From contig CAVUUJ010000001.1 in NCBI GenBank assembly GCA_963744655.1, forward strand, positions 527,835-591,834: a stretch of 64,000 nucleotides of DNA, written 5' to 3'. The position numbers were made by a program, and so were the translations under genes. This stretch comes from an uncultured bacterium (GTDB lineage Bacteria > Verrucomicrobiota > Kiritimatiellia > PWTM01). The notes beneath the pieces were generated by a model. The model saw only the letters and a program-made list of their open reading frames with translations. It made no database searches and was not told the origin of the DNA. This document shows, piece after piece, positions 28,238-37,725 of the stretch; the first letter of the stretch is position 1, and every line of letters begins with the position of its first letter.

Positions 28238-29104
28238 TCGACGTTCTGCACCTGTTCGCGGATACGCTCCAGCTCGGCCTTGAAGCCGACGACGCCCGCG
28301 GTCGATCTCGGCGTCGCCGGCCTTGGACCCCACGGTGTTGATCTCCCGGAACAGCTCCTGCGCGAGGAAGTCGAGCGCCCGGCCGGCCGGCTCGCGGCTC
28401 CGGAGGAGGGCGCGGGCCTGGCGGAGGTGGCTGCGGAGCCGCGTCAGCTCCTCGGAGATGTCCGCCCGGTCGGCGAACAGCGCGAGCTCGCGGAGCACGC
28501 GGCCGTCGTCGGCCTCCGCGGCGAACCCCGCGCTGCGCAGCCGCCCGACCAGGGCGGCCCGGTAGTGTTCCGCCACGAGCGGCGCCCGCTGCTCGAGCCC
28601 GTCGACGCCCTCGCCCAGCCTGGCGAAGCGCGCCGACAGGTCGGCGGACAGCGCCCGGCCCTCCGCGCGGCGCATCCGCACCACGCGGCGCATGGCCTGC
28701 TGCACCGCCGCCTCCAGGGGGGGCCAGATGCGCTCCACGTCCTCCTCGGGGTGCTCGATGCGCACCACGTCGGGCAGGGCGAGCACGTGCGACAGGCCCA
28801 GGTCGTCGGAAACGCCCAACTCGCGGCCCGCGCGCCGCGCCGCATCCAGGTAGGTGCGGGCCAGGCGCAGGTCCACGCTCACCCGGCGGGCCTGCCGTCC
28901 CCCGCCGGAGAGCACCGCCACGTTCACCGAGACGCGGCCCCGCGACACGAACGACGACAGCGCCTCCAGGACGCGCGGTTCCAGCACCTGCAGCGGCCGG
29001 GGCAGGCTGGTGTGCACGTCCAGCTGGCGGCGGTTGACGCTGCTGACCTCCACCTCGATCACCAGGCCCTCGAAACGGGCCTGGCCCCTCCCGTATCCCG
29101 TCAT
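28234..29104 (-). CDS. yicC: YicC-family stress-induced protein/endoribonuclease; single frameshift near the 3' end as assembled
   Basis: MTGYGRG at ATG 29104, with ..[11 protein letters not shown].. and [14 protein letters not shown]. The conserved tail [19 protein letters not shown] is in the adjacent frame from about 28296. 871 nt; minus 1 gives a multiple of 3. Confidence 0.85.
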
Positions 29105-29115
29105 GCTGCAGAGGC

Positions 29116-30382
29116 TCACGGCGCGGCGCCCCCCTTCCCGCCGGCGGCGCGCCGGCGCGCCCGGGCAGCCCGCCAGGCGACGACCTGCTCCACGTCCTTG
29201 TCGCCCCGGCCGGACAGGTTGACCACCACCAGCCCCTTCCGGTCCCACCGCCGGCGCGTGCTTGATCACGTAGCGCGACCGCGTGGGCCGACTCCAGGGC
29301 GGGCAGGATGCCCTCCCAGCCGCGCCAGCTGCTCGAACGCCGCGACGGCCTCCGCGGTCCGTCGACGTAGTCGTAGTGCGCCCGGCCCAGGTCGCGCAGC
29401 AGGCTGTGCTCCGGGCCCACCGCCGCGTAGTCGAGCCCGGCGCTGACCGAGTGGGTCAGTCGAGATCTGGCCGTCGCCGGTCCTGCAGCAGTAGCGTGCG
29501 CGTGCCCTGCAGCACGCCCAGGCGGCCCCCGGCGAAACGGGCCGCGTGGCGGCCGCGGACGGATGCCCGTCGCCGCCGGCCTCGACGCCGATCATGCGCC
29601 ACGCCGGCGTCGTTCAGGAAGGCGTGGAACAGCCCGATGGCGTTGCTGCCGCCGCCCACGCAGGCGACGAGCCGGTCGGGCAGCCGGCCCTCGCAACTTG
29701 AGGATCTGCCGGCGCGCCTCGCGGCCGATGACGCTCTGGAAATCGCGGACCATCATCGGGTACGGGTGCGCGCCGAGCGCGGAGCCGAGGACGTAGTGGG
29801 TGCGGCGCACGTTGGTCACCCAGTCGCGCATCGCCTCGCTGATGGCCTCCTTCAGCGTCTGCTGGCCGGCGGTCACGGGCACGACCTCGGCGCCCAGGCT
29901 CTCCATGCGGAACACGTTGAGCGCCTGGCGCTCCATGTCGACCTTGCCCATGTAGACGACGCACTCCATGCCGAACAGGGCCGCCAGCGGTGGCGGTGGC
30001 CACGCCGTGCTGCCCGGCGCCGGTCTCGGCGATGACCCGCTGCTTGCCCATGCGCCGCGCCAGCAGGACCTGGCCGAGGCAGTTGTTGATCTTGTGCGCG
30101 CCGGTGTGGCAGAGGTCCTCGCGCTTGAGGTAGATGCGCGGCGCCGCCCAGTTCCCGCGTCATGCGCTCGGCGAAGTACAGCGGCGTCGGCCGGCCGACG
30201 TAGTCGCGCAGGTAGTGGCGCAGCTCGCGGCGGAAGGCCGGGTCGCGGCGCGCCGCGGCGTAGGCCGAGGCGAGTTCGGCCAGCGGCGCCATCAGCGTCT
30301 CGGGCACGAACATGCCGCCGTACGGGCCGAAGTGCCCCGCCCGGTCCGGTCCCCGCAGCCGCTGGGTCACGCGCTTCGACAT
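29116..30382 (-). pseudogene. trpB: Tryptophan synthase beta chain, many frameshifts as assembled
   Basis: ATG 30382: [31 protein letters not shown]. The blocks [88 protein letters not shown] and [13 protein letters not shown] fall in alternating frames between about 30150 and 29160. 1267 nt. Confidence 0.9.
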
Positions 30383-30984
30383 GCCGCCACGAACGCCTCC
30401 ACCTTCGCGATATCCTTGCGCCCCGGCGCCGCCTCGACGCCCGTGCTGACGTCCACGCCCCAGGGCCGGACCCGCCGGACCGCCGCCGCCACGTTGTCCG
30501 GCGACAGCCCGCCGGCGAGCACGACCGGGCGAACGGACCGCGCGACGAAAGACGCGGCGCGGTCCCAGTCGCACGTGCGGCCCGTGCCGCCCGGCCGCTC
30601 CTCGGTCCGGCTGTCCACCACGAAGGCCTCCGCCCCCCAGTCGGCCCCCGCGGGCTCCGCCCCCGCGTCCAGGTGCACGACCTGCCAGACCCGCGGCCAG
30701 GCGACCCGTACCGCCTGCGTCCCGGCCGTGCCGTGCAGCTGGACGACGTCGAGCCCGGCCTCCTCCGCGGCGGCCCCCACGAGCGTCGGCGGCAGGTCCA
30801 CGAAGACCCCCACCTTGAGCACCTCGGCGCCGAGGTCGCGCGTCCACGCGCGCACGTCGCCGGGCGCCACGCATCGCGGCGAGCCCTTCCAGAACACGAA
30901 TCCCAGCGCGTCGGGCCCCAGCGCCGCCACCGCCTCCACCTCGGCGGCCGAACACAGCCCGCAGATTTTTGTGAAGCAGGGCAC
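30367..30984 (-). CDS. trpF: Phosphoribosylanthranilate isomerase
   Basis: 205 aa. Motifs KICGL, DALGFVF, VQLHG and [10 protein letters not shown]. 16-nt overlap with the trpB start. Confidence 0.85.
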   Translation of the reverse strand: MPCFTKICGLCSAAEVEAVAALGPDALGFVFWKGSPRCVAPGDVRAWTRDLGAEVLKVGVFVDLPPTLVGAAAEEAGLDVVQLHGTAGTQAVRVAWPRVWQVVHLDAGAEPAGADWGAEAFVVDSRTEERPGGTGRTCDWDRAASFVARSVRPVVLAGGLSPDNVAAAVRRVRPWGVDVSTGVEAAPGRKDIAKVEAFVAACRSA

Positions 30985-31030
30985 GGCGTTACTTACGGGC
31001 CTTCCCGCCCCGGGCGCAACAGGAATCGCC

Positions 31031-31049
31031 GCGCCCCCGCGCGGGGCGC
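31031..31049 (-). terminator. GC-rich hairpin just downstream of the gspE stop (weak terminator candidate)
   Basis: gcgcccc / cgcgc / ggggcgc gives a 7-bp stem and 5-nt loop, 5 nt after the stop at 31054-31056. Only a poor U-tract (GAUUCCUGUU) follows on the minus transcript. Confidence 0.3.
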
Positions 31050-31053
31050 GCCG

Positions 31054-32778
31054 TCACTCGAACTCGTCGCGCCGCGCGACGCGCACGACCTCGTCAACGG
31101 TCGTGACGCCGTCGAGCACCCGGCTCCACCCGTCCCGCCGCAGCGTGACCATGCCGTTCTGCATGGCCTGCTGCTTGATCTCGTTGGACGGCCGCTGGTG
31201 CACGATCATGGTGCGCAGGGCGTCGTTCAGGATCATGATCTCGAACAACGCGATGCGGCCGCGGTAGCCCGTGAAATTGCAGTCCGGGCACCCGCGGCCG
31301 CGGTGGAAGACCGCGCCGGCCATGCGCTCGGGATGCATCGCGCGGATCTCCTCCAGGATCGTGTCCTCGGGCACGTGCTCCTCCCGGCAGGCGCGGCAGA
31401 CACGGCGGACCAGGCGCTGGGCGATCACCCCTTCCAGGCAGGACGAGACGAGGTACGGCTCCACGCCCATGTCGATCAGGCGCGTGATCGCGCTCGGCGC
31501 GTCGTTGGTGTGCAGCGTGCTGAAGACGAGGTGGCCGGTCAGGGACGCGCGCACGGCGATGTCCGCGGTTTCCGTGTCGCGGATCTCGCCGATCAGGATG
31601 ATGTCCGGGTCGTGCCGCAGGATCGAGCGCAGGACGTTGGCGAAGGTCAGGCCGATCTGGGCGTGGACCTGGATCTGGTTGATGCCGTCCATCTGGTACT
31701 CGATCGGGTCCTCGACCGTGATGATCTTCACGTCCGTCGTGTTGATGCGCGACAGGATCGCGTACAGGGTCGTGGTCTTGCCGCTGCCCGTCGGCCCGGT
31801 CAGCAGCACGACGCCGTGCGGCAGCGAGGAGAGGTACTCGACTGGGGCGTCTGCTCGCGGGCTCAGCCCGAGGTGCTCCAGGTCGATGAACATCGACTTG
31901 CGGTTGAGGATCCGCATGTTCACCGTTTCGCCGAACCCGGTGGGCAGGATGGAGACGCGCAGGTCGAACTCGTCGACGCCGCTGCGGACCTTGATGCGTC
32001 CGTCGTGCGGCTTGCGGCGCTCGGCGATGTTCATCTCGGCCATGATCTTGACGCAGGAGACGATCGCGCGGCGCAGCGGCCTGACCCCGGGCGGGACGGG
32101 GATGTTCTGCAGGATGCCGTCGATGCGGTAGCGCAGCCGCAGCCCGTTCTCGAAGGGCTCGATGTGGATGTCGGTGGCGTCCATGCGGATCGCCTCGGCG
32201 ATGATCTGGTTGACGAAGCGGATGATGCCCGCGTCCGCGGTGTCGTCGGAGACGTCGCGGTCCTCCAGGACCTCCGCGGGCTCGGGCGTGTCGACCAGGG
32301 TGTCGATCGTCTCGGCGCCGAGCCCGTAGAAGTGCTTGAGCGACTTGCCGATGTCGGTCTCCGTGCACAGCACCCAGTCGAGGGCGAGCCCGAGGAGCAT
32401 GCGCAGGCTGTCGACGGCGGACAGCGTGGGCAGTTCCGCCGCGGCCAGCAGGATCGTGCCCTCCTCGACCCGCACGGGCATGATGCCGTAGCGCAGGGCG
32501 ACGCGCGAACTGACCCGGGCCACCGCGGCCGGATCGATCTCGAGATCGGCCATGTGGCGGAACGGCACGTTGGAGAGGGCGGCCAGCCCCTTCAGCACGT
32601 CGCCCTCCGTGACGAGGCCGCTCTGGACGCAGAGCCGGTCCAACCGCTCGCCCGTCAGGGCCTGCCGGCCCTTGAGCTCGTCGAGCTGCGCCCGCGTGAT
32701 CCGGCCGGCCTCGACCAGCCATTGCCCGAGCTCGACCATCATCGGGTCGGAGAAGTAGCGCTTCTCCCCCGTGCTCAT
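31054..32778 (-). CDS. gspE: GspE/PilB-family type II secretion / type IV pilus assembly ATPase
   Basis: ATG 32778 (MSTGEKRYFSDP), with an ATGA overlap onto the upstream stop. N-terminal MshEN/T2SSE_N-like domains, Walker A LLTGPTGSGKTTTLYA, Asp box IITVEDPIEY, Walker B DPDIILIGEIRD, His box STLHTND, and tetracysteine CRACREE..CPDC. Confidence 0.92.
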   Translation of the reverse strand: MSTGEKRYFSDPMMVELGQWLVEAGRITRAQLDELKGRQALTGERLDRLCVQSGLVTEGDVLKGLAALSNVPFRHMADLEIDPAAVARVSSRVALRYGIMPVRVEEGTILLAAAELPTLSAVDSLRMLLGLALDWVLCTETDIGKSLKHFYGLGAETIDTLVDTPEPAEVLEDRDVSDDTADAGIIRFVNQIIAEAIRMDATDIHIEPFENGLRLRYRIDGILQNIPVPPGVRPLRRAIVSCVKIMAEMNIAERRKPHDGRIKVRSGVDEFDLRVSILPTGFGETVNMRILNRKSMFIDLEHLGLSPRADAPVEYLSSLPHGVVLLTGPTGSGKTTTLYAILSRINTTDVKIITVEDPIEYQMDGINQIQVHAQIGLTFANVLRSILRHDPDIILIGEIRDTETADIAVRASLTGHLVFSTLHTNDAPSAITRLIDMGVEPYLVSSCLEGVIAQRLVRRVCRACREEHVPEDTILEEIRAMHPERMAGAVFHRGRGCPDCNFTGYRGRIALFEIMILNDALRTMIVHQRPSNEIKQQAMQNGMVTLRRDGWSRVLDGVTTVDEVVRVARRDEFE

Positions 32779-33380
32779 CGGGCGCCGCCCCGCGGGAGGT
32801 CGAAACGGGCGGGTTCCTTCATGCGCAGCACGGCCGGTTCGCCCCCCGGCGTCCGGACCACGGCCTCCTGCATCGTCACCGACTCGACCGTGAAGCCCAG
32901 GAATGTCTCCCCGACGACGTGAAACGCCGTCCGGTTGCCGCGCGAGTCGTGGACGAGCGCCATGGGCGGGCCCTCCGACCCGCGGTACAGGCCGCGGAAC
33001 TCCAGCGTGACCGTTTCGCGGCGCGGCGGCGGGTCGGGCGGCTTCACGTACTCCGAGCGGCGCGGCGGGGGGGATCGCGGGGGCTCCGGCACGCGTTCCC
33101 GCGGCAGCCGGCGCGGCACCACGCGCGCCCGCGCGTCCCGGAACGGGTTCTTCGGCGGCGCGCCGGCATCCAGCGCGAGTTGCTTCTCGACGACGCGCCG
33201 CAGCCCGAGCTCCACCCCGGCGGCCTCCGGCGGCCTCGCGCCCGCGCCCGGGTCGGGCCGGCGCGGCGGGGCGACCTCGCGCCAGACCCACCAGGCGGTG
33301 ACGAGCACCAGCCCGGCGAGCGCCCCGGCGAACACGCCGCGGGCGTTCGCCTTCCTGAACCACATCCAGAAGCCGTCCAT
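32775..33380 (-). CDS. PilP/GspC-like bitopic protein (TM, Pro-rich linker, small beta domain)
   Basis: 201 aa. TM is GVFAGALAGLVLVTAWWVW, followed by a Pro/Arg-rich linker. The C-terminal TVTLEFRGLYRG..MALVHDSRGNRTAFHVVGETFLGFTVESVTMQEAVV resembles the PilP/GspC HR fold pattern. Assignment is by position and pattern only. Confidence 0.6.
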   Translation of the reverse strand: MDGFWMWFRKANARGVFAGALAGLVLVTAWWVWREVAPPRRPDPGAGARPPEAAGVELGLRRVVEKQLALDAGAPPKNPFRDARARVVPRRLPRERVPEPPRSPPPRRSEYVKPPDPPPRRETVTLEFRGLYRGSEGPPMALVHDSRGNRTAFHVVGETFLGFTVESVTMQEAVVRTPGGEPAVLRMKEPARFDLPRGGAR

Positions 33381-33385
33381 CGTCC

Positions 33386-34219
33386 CTAGATCCCCAGCGG
33401 CCGGCGGTACACGACCTTCGCGTCCACGGGCGCGCTCAGCTCCCGCGGCTCGCCCAGGAACACGAGGGCGCCCATCTGCGCCCGCATGCGGAGCAGGTCC
33501 GGCTCCGTCGGCGAGGTGGCCTCGACGCGCACCCGCCGAAGCACGAACACGTGCTGCGCCTCGTAGATGGCGCGGAACAGCCCGTACAGGTGTTCCAGCG
33601 AACCGTAGAACTCGATGTCGACGGGGTATTCCTCCAGGTACGGCGGCTCGTCCGCCCCTAGGCGCATCGGGCGGGGCGGCAGCGGGAGGATCTCGCGCAG
33701 GGCGCTGACCTTCAGGTCGAGGAACAGGTCGACCAGCTTCTCCATGGCCCGCAGCTGGTGCATGAGCTTTCGGGCATCCTCGTTGCTGTAGACCGCATCG
33801 TCCATGCCGAGGTCCCTCGGCAGGCCGATGCGCAGGTCGCGCGACTTGCGCAGGAGCCGCTGCCGTACCTCGAACAGCTTCACCTTGAAATCAATGACCC
33901 CCGGGCCTTCCCCCTCCCCCCCGTCCGCCGCGTCCGCGGCCAGTCGGGTCCGCATCTCCCTCCATTCCTCGTACAGCCGGTTGTACTGCCGCTGCACCTC
34001 GGCCTTACGCTCGAACAGCGCCTCCTCACCGACGAGGTAGTTCTTCTCCGCCAGCTGCGCCTGCATCTGCTGGATCTGGTGCTCGAGCCGGCGCCGCCGC
34101 AGGTTCAGGGGGGCGAGCAGGAAGAACCAGAGCAGGAACAGCACGCCGGCCGCGCCCACGATGATGGCCAGCACCTGTTGGCGCTGCGACCACGAGGCCT
34201 GGAGGGGGGCGAGTTTCAC
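33386..34219 (-). CDS. PilO-like inner-membrane pilus/secretion alignment protein
   Basis: GTG 34219 (VKLAPLQASW), with a GTGA overlap onto the pilM-N stop. TM is VLAIIVGAAGVLFLLWFFLLAPL, then a coiled coil (LEHQIQQMQAQLAEKN) and a C-terminal alpha/beta domain. 277 aa. Confidence 0.65.
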   Translation of the reverse strand: MKLAPLQASWSQRQQVLAIIVGAAGVLFLLWFFLLAPLNLRRRRLEHQIQQMQAQLAEKNYLVGEEALFERKAEVQRQYNRLYEEWREMRTRLAADAADGGEGEGPGVIDFKVKLFEVRQRLLRKSRDLRIGLPRDLGMDDAVYSNEDARKLMHQLRAMEKLVDLFLDLKVSALREILPLPPRPMRLGADEPPYLEEYPVDIEFYGSLEHLYGLFRAIYEAQHVFVLRRVRVEATSPTEPDLLRMRAQMGALVFLGEPRELSAPVDAKVVYRRPLGI

Positions 34220-35883
34220 GAGGCGTTCACCGTAAGGTCGATCACGAAGCGGTACACACGCTCGCCGCCCGGCCCGGCCGCCGTGCCGTCCCGCTCGACC
34301 AGTTCGTCGTCGCTCAGGAGGTCGGCCGAAGCGACAAACGGGGCCTCCTTGAGCCGGGCGATCAGGTCCTTGACCGTCGTGAGGCCCGGCTTGCGCGTGT
34401 ACCCCTGGATCATCAGGCGGTCCAGGACGGGCCCCGCGGCCGGCGGCGCCCCCCCCTCCTCGTCCCCGCCCCACAGCGCCCGGCCCCCGGGCCGGGCGGG
34501 CCGACGCCCGCCCTCGCGCCGGGCGGCGAAGTAGGAGGCGGCGTCGCACACCATCGTGATGCGGTCGTCCTCGTTCCTGGCCTCGGCGAGCAGGGAGAGA
34601 ACGGACCGCACGGACGGCGCCGTGCGGAGCATGCGGGCCACCGGCGAGGCCAGCGACTCCAGCAGGTCGCCCTGGGCGCGAATCCCCTCGATCTCCCCCA
34701 CGAGCCGCTGCCGCCGCTCGAGGCTGGCCTCCCGCTCGCGGAGCTCCGCGTGCTTGCGGCGGTAGTCCCGGTACCCCCCCACCAGGCTCACCGCGAGGAT
34801 GAGCCCCGCCGCCGCGCCGGCCGCGACCCAGTAGGGCTTGTCGCGGCGGAAGAGCAGGTCCTCCCGGACCTCCGGGGGCAGCAGGCTCATGCGCACCCCG
34901 CCGCGGCCCAGCGCGGCGAGCGCCAGCCCGCAGGCCACGGCGAACTCCGCCGGCGCCACGCCGCCCGGCTCGCCCGCGCACGTGGCGGGCAGCTCGAAGG
35001 GGATGCCGAGCTGGGAGGACGCGTAGCCCGCCAGCCCGGCGAGGCGCGCCCCGCCGCCGGCGAGCACCGCGCGCACCGGCTCGAAGCCGGCGCCCGGGAA
35101 GAGGCTGCGGTACACCGAAAGGCAGGAGCGCAGCTCCGAGAGCCACAGGTCGGCCACCGAGCGCAACCGCGCGCCGACCGCGTCGTCCTGCCTGCGCAGG
35201 TCGCCTTCGGCCTCCTTCTCGCTCTGCGCGCGCCCCGCGGTCACGCCGCGCTCGCGGGCCACGGCGTCGGTGAACAGCCGCCCGCCCACGGCGAAGCTGC
35301 GGGCGAAAAGGAGCCGGTCGTCCAGGCCCACCGCCAGGTCGGTCGCCTGCGCCCCGATGCCGAGGTAGAGGCACAGCCCGTCCGCTTCCCGCACGGGACA
35401 CAGCGCGTTGAACAGCGCCACCGGGGTGGGCACGATGTCGATGACGTTCAGGCCCAGTCCCCGGGCCGTCTCCAGGACCCGGCCCGTCACGCCGGGGCGG
35501 GCCATGGCCAGGAGCAGCCGGCGGTCCCCCTCGCCCGCCTGGACCGGCACGCAGCCGTACACCATCTCGTCCTGCACCATCTCGTTGTACTTGACCACCT
35601 CGATGCGGGCCGCCTGCTCGTCCGAACGGGGGTCGCCGGGCGCGATCGGGATCGGCTGGAACATGGACTCGCCGCCCGGCAGGCCGAGCGCGCAGCCGCG
35701 CTTCGCCAGGCCCGTCTGCTCGATCCACGGGCGCAGCACCGGCCCCGGGTCGGTGGAGTCCAGCGGCAGGGGCAGGGCCTCCGCGCGCACGACCCGCGGC
35801 TGCCCGGCCTGCCACGTCATCCAGACCGCGCGGGCCGCGTACCGCCCGATGTCGAGTCCGACCGCTGTGACGTTTCTGGCCAT
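34216..35883 (-). CDS. pilM: PilM-PilN fusion protein (actin-like ATPase domain + TM + PilN-like periplasmic part)
   Basis: 555 aa. The N-terminus VGLDIGRYAARAV..., IVPTPVALFNAL, GIGAQATDLAV and LAGGGARLAGL is PilM/FtsA-like. It is followed by TM YWVAAGAAAGLILAVSLVGGY, a coiled coil and a C-terminal domain. Confidence 0.8.
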   Translation of the reverse strand: MARNVTAVGLDIGRYAARAVWMTWQAGQPRVVRAEALPLPLDSTDPGPVLRPWIEQTGLAKRGCALGLPGGESMFQPIPIAPGDPRSDEQAARIEVVKYNEMVQDEMVYGCVPVQAGEGDRRLLLAMARPGVTGRVLETARGLGLNVIDIVPTPVALFNALCPVREADGLCLYLGIGAQATDLAVGLDDRLLFARSFAVGGRLFTDAVARERGVTAGRAQSEKEAEGDLRRQDDAVGARLRSVADLWLSELRSCLSVYRSLFPGAGFEPVRAVLAGGGARLAGLAGYASSQLGIPFELPATCAGEPGGVAPAEFAVACGLALAALGRGGVRMSLLPPEVREDLLFRRDKPYWVAAGAAAGLILAVSLVGGYRDYRRKHAELREREASLERRQRLVGEIEGIRAQGDLLESLASPVARMLRTAPSVRSVLSLLAEARNEDDRITMVCDAASYFAARREGGRRPARPGGRALWGGDEEGGAPPAAGPVLDRLMIQGYTRKPGLTTVKDLIARLKEAPFVASADLLSDDELVERDGTAAGPGGERVYRFVIDLTVNAS

Positions 35884-35914
35884 GAACAGGCGCTCCCGGG
35901 GACGGCCGCCCGAG

Positions 35915-37717
35915 CTAGGGCCGGACGACCTCCGTGGCCGGCACGAGCTGTTCGCCGCGCTGCGAAAGGATCGAGGCCGTCACAAAGATGAGGAGGTTCT
36001 GCTTCCGTTCCTCCACGTTCTTCTGCGAAAAGAGCCAGCCGATCAGCGGCAGGCGGGACAGGAACGGGACGCTGGTGTCGTTGTCCGTCTCCGTCGAGGA
36101 GATCAGCCCCCCCATCACGACCGTTTCCCCGCTGCCCACGATGACCTCGGTCTCGATCGTGCTGCGGCGGAAAATCGGCAGCTTCACCAGCGAGTCGGTG
36201 GAGTTGGTCGAGGTGAGGCTGCCCGCCGTCTCGTCGCCGGACACGCGGTAGAACTCGTACCGCACGAACTCGCTGATCTCCGGCTTCAGGAGCAGGGTGA
36301 TGGAGGACAGGTCCGCGCCCACGCTGGGGGTCACGGCCAGCTCGATGCCGAGTTCCTCGAGTTGCGGCCGGCCGACGGGGACCAGCGTGGTGCGGTACAC
36401 CGTGCTGCCGTCCGCCGTCGTGGACGGCGTGGACTCGATGTCGTACTCCTCGAAATACCGGAAATCCTCGCCCACCCGTATGCGGGCCTCGCGGTTGTTG
36501 ACGGTCGTCACCTTCGGAACGGACAGCGTCCGCGACCGCCCGGACGTCTCCAGCGCGTGCAGCACGGCCTGGAACATCGGGTCGGTCAGCAGGCCCTGGT
36601 AGGTCAGGTTCAGGCCCTGGGCCGCGTTCGGGAACCCCGCGAACGTCACCTCCGCGTCCCGGATCACCGTGCGGGGCGCGTTGTCGTCGCGCACGCCGTC
36701 GCGCTCCACGGAGCGGCTGCTCACCACGAGCGGGCCCTGGAGCAGCCAGTCGACGCCCAGCTCGCGCAGGTCGTTCAGGGAGGTCGAAATGAAGCGCGCC
36801 TCGATCATCACCTGCGGCGGCAGCACGTCGAGGGCCTCGATGATCCGCTCCACCCGGGCCAGGCGGTCGCGCGTGTCCCGGACGATGAGCAGGTGCGTCC
36901 GGGGATCGTAGAGCAGGTCGGACCCCTCCGCGTCGGGCACGAAGCGCTTGATCGCGGCGACGAGGGAGGGCTCGGGGCTCTGGGCGTCCTCGATGTCCTT
37001 GCCCGAGCTTCCCTTCCGCAGGCGGTACATCCGGGTGTCCATCGGCGGCGACGAGTCGCCGCCCGCCGCGGCCGTGGCCCACACGATGTTCTCCCCGACG
37101 TAGAATTTCACGCCGAGGTTGCGCGACACGTAGTCGAGGATCTCCATCAGCGGCACGTCCTCGGCGTGGATGCTCATGGTCGCCGTCGCCTGGGTCTCGT
37201 CCGAAACGATGTTGATGTTCTCCGTCGCGCCGATCGCCAGGATGAAGTCCGACAAGGTCACCCCGTCGAGGTGGACGGTGATCCGCTTCTGCAGGGCCTC
37301 TTCCATGCCGGAACGCGGCGTCTTCAGGGACCCCGACTCCCCCTCCACGCCCCGGCGCAGCCCGTAGGTGTCGGGCAGGATGCGGTCCTCGACGACGTCG
37401 AGCCCCATGCGCCGCCGCGAGGCCGCGTCCCGGGTCGCCGCGTCCCGCTCGCGCTCGTAGGCGAGCCGGTCGAGGATGCGCGCCTGCAGCTCCGGGAGGC
37501 CCGCGGGCGGGGGGTCGCGCCGCGCCAGGTCCACGCAGGCGATCAGCGCCTCGGTGAAGCGGCCGGCCTCGTAGAGCGCCGCGGCCTCCGTGAGCGGCCC
37601 GGCCGCGGGCCGCGCCGGGACGGACGCGGGCCGGGCGGCCACGCACCCGGCCAGGCAGGCCGCCGCGACGGCGGCAAGACCCGGGACCACGGAGAAGGAA
37701 AGGTGTCGCGCTTGCAT
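35915..37717 (-). CDS. Secretin (PilQ/GspD family) with lipoprotein signal and TPR-like N-terminus
   Basis: ATG 37717: MQARHLSFSVVPGLAAVAAACLAGC (lipobox). N0/STN-like ITVHLDGVTLSDFILAIG, then the secretin core VMIEARFISTS.., LKPEISEF.., ETVVMGGLIS...VPFLSRLPLIGWLF...NLLIFVTASI. 600 aa. Confidence 0.9.
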   Translation of the reverse strand: MQARHLSFSVVPGLAAVAAACLAGCVAARPASVPARPAAGPLTEAAALYEAGRFTEALIACVDLARRDPPPAGLPELQARILDRLAYERERDAATRDAASRRRMGLDVVEDRILPDTYGLRRGVEGESGSLKTPRSGMEEALQKRITVHLDGVTLSDFILAIGATENINIVSDETQATATMSIHAEDVPLMEILDYVSRNLGVKFYVGENIVWATAAAGGDSSPPMDTRMYRLRKGSSGKDIEDAQSPEPSLVAAIKRFVPDAEGSDLLYDPRTHLLIVRDTRDRLARVERIIEALDVLPPQVMIEARFISTSLNDLRELGVDWLLQGPLVVSSRSVERDGVRDDNAPRTVIRDAEVTFAGFPNAAQGLNLTYQGLLTDPMFQAVLHALETSGRSRTLSVPKVTTVNNREARIRVGEDFRYFEEYDIESTPSTTADGSTVYRTTLVPVGRPQLEELGIELAVTPSVGADLSSITLLLKPEISEFVRYEFYRVSGDETAGSLTSTNSTDSLVKLPIFRRSTIETEVIVGSGETVVMGGLISSTETDNDTSVPFLSRLPLIGWLFSQKNVEERKQNLLIFVTASILSQRGEQLVPATEVVRP

Positions 37718-37725
37718 GGCGTCCC

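Noticed and set aside
26136-29420. 1094-aa minus-strand ORF apparently spanning several genes
   Set aside because: It is a composite read-through that stitches together out-of-frame parts of trpB, yicC and gmk with the true N-terminal GTPase region of EF-G2. Only the segment from ATG 27473 downward is genuine coding sequence in that frame.
5290-30382. Programmed ribosomal frameshifting or a real hypermutator-driven decay as the explanation for the broken housekeeping genes
   Set aside because: There are too many shifts per gene and no slippery-site or pseudoknot pattern. Essential-type genes are affected and amino-acid conservation is perfect between shifts. This cannot be settled without reads, so it is reported as a quality issue with the biological alternative stated.
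29116-30984. trpF-trpB without an adjacent trpA as an unusual tryptophan operon
   Set aside because: Split trp genes are common in many phyla, and trpA may simply be elsewhere. Nothing in the sequence suggests a novel function.
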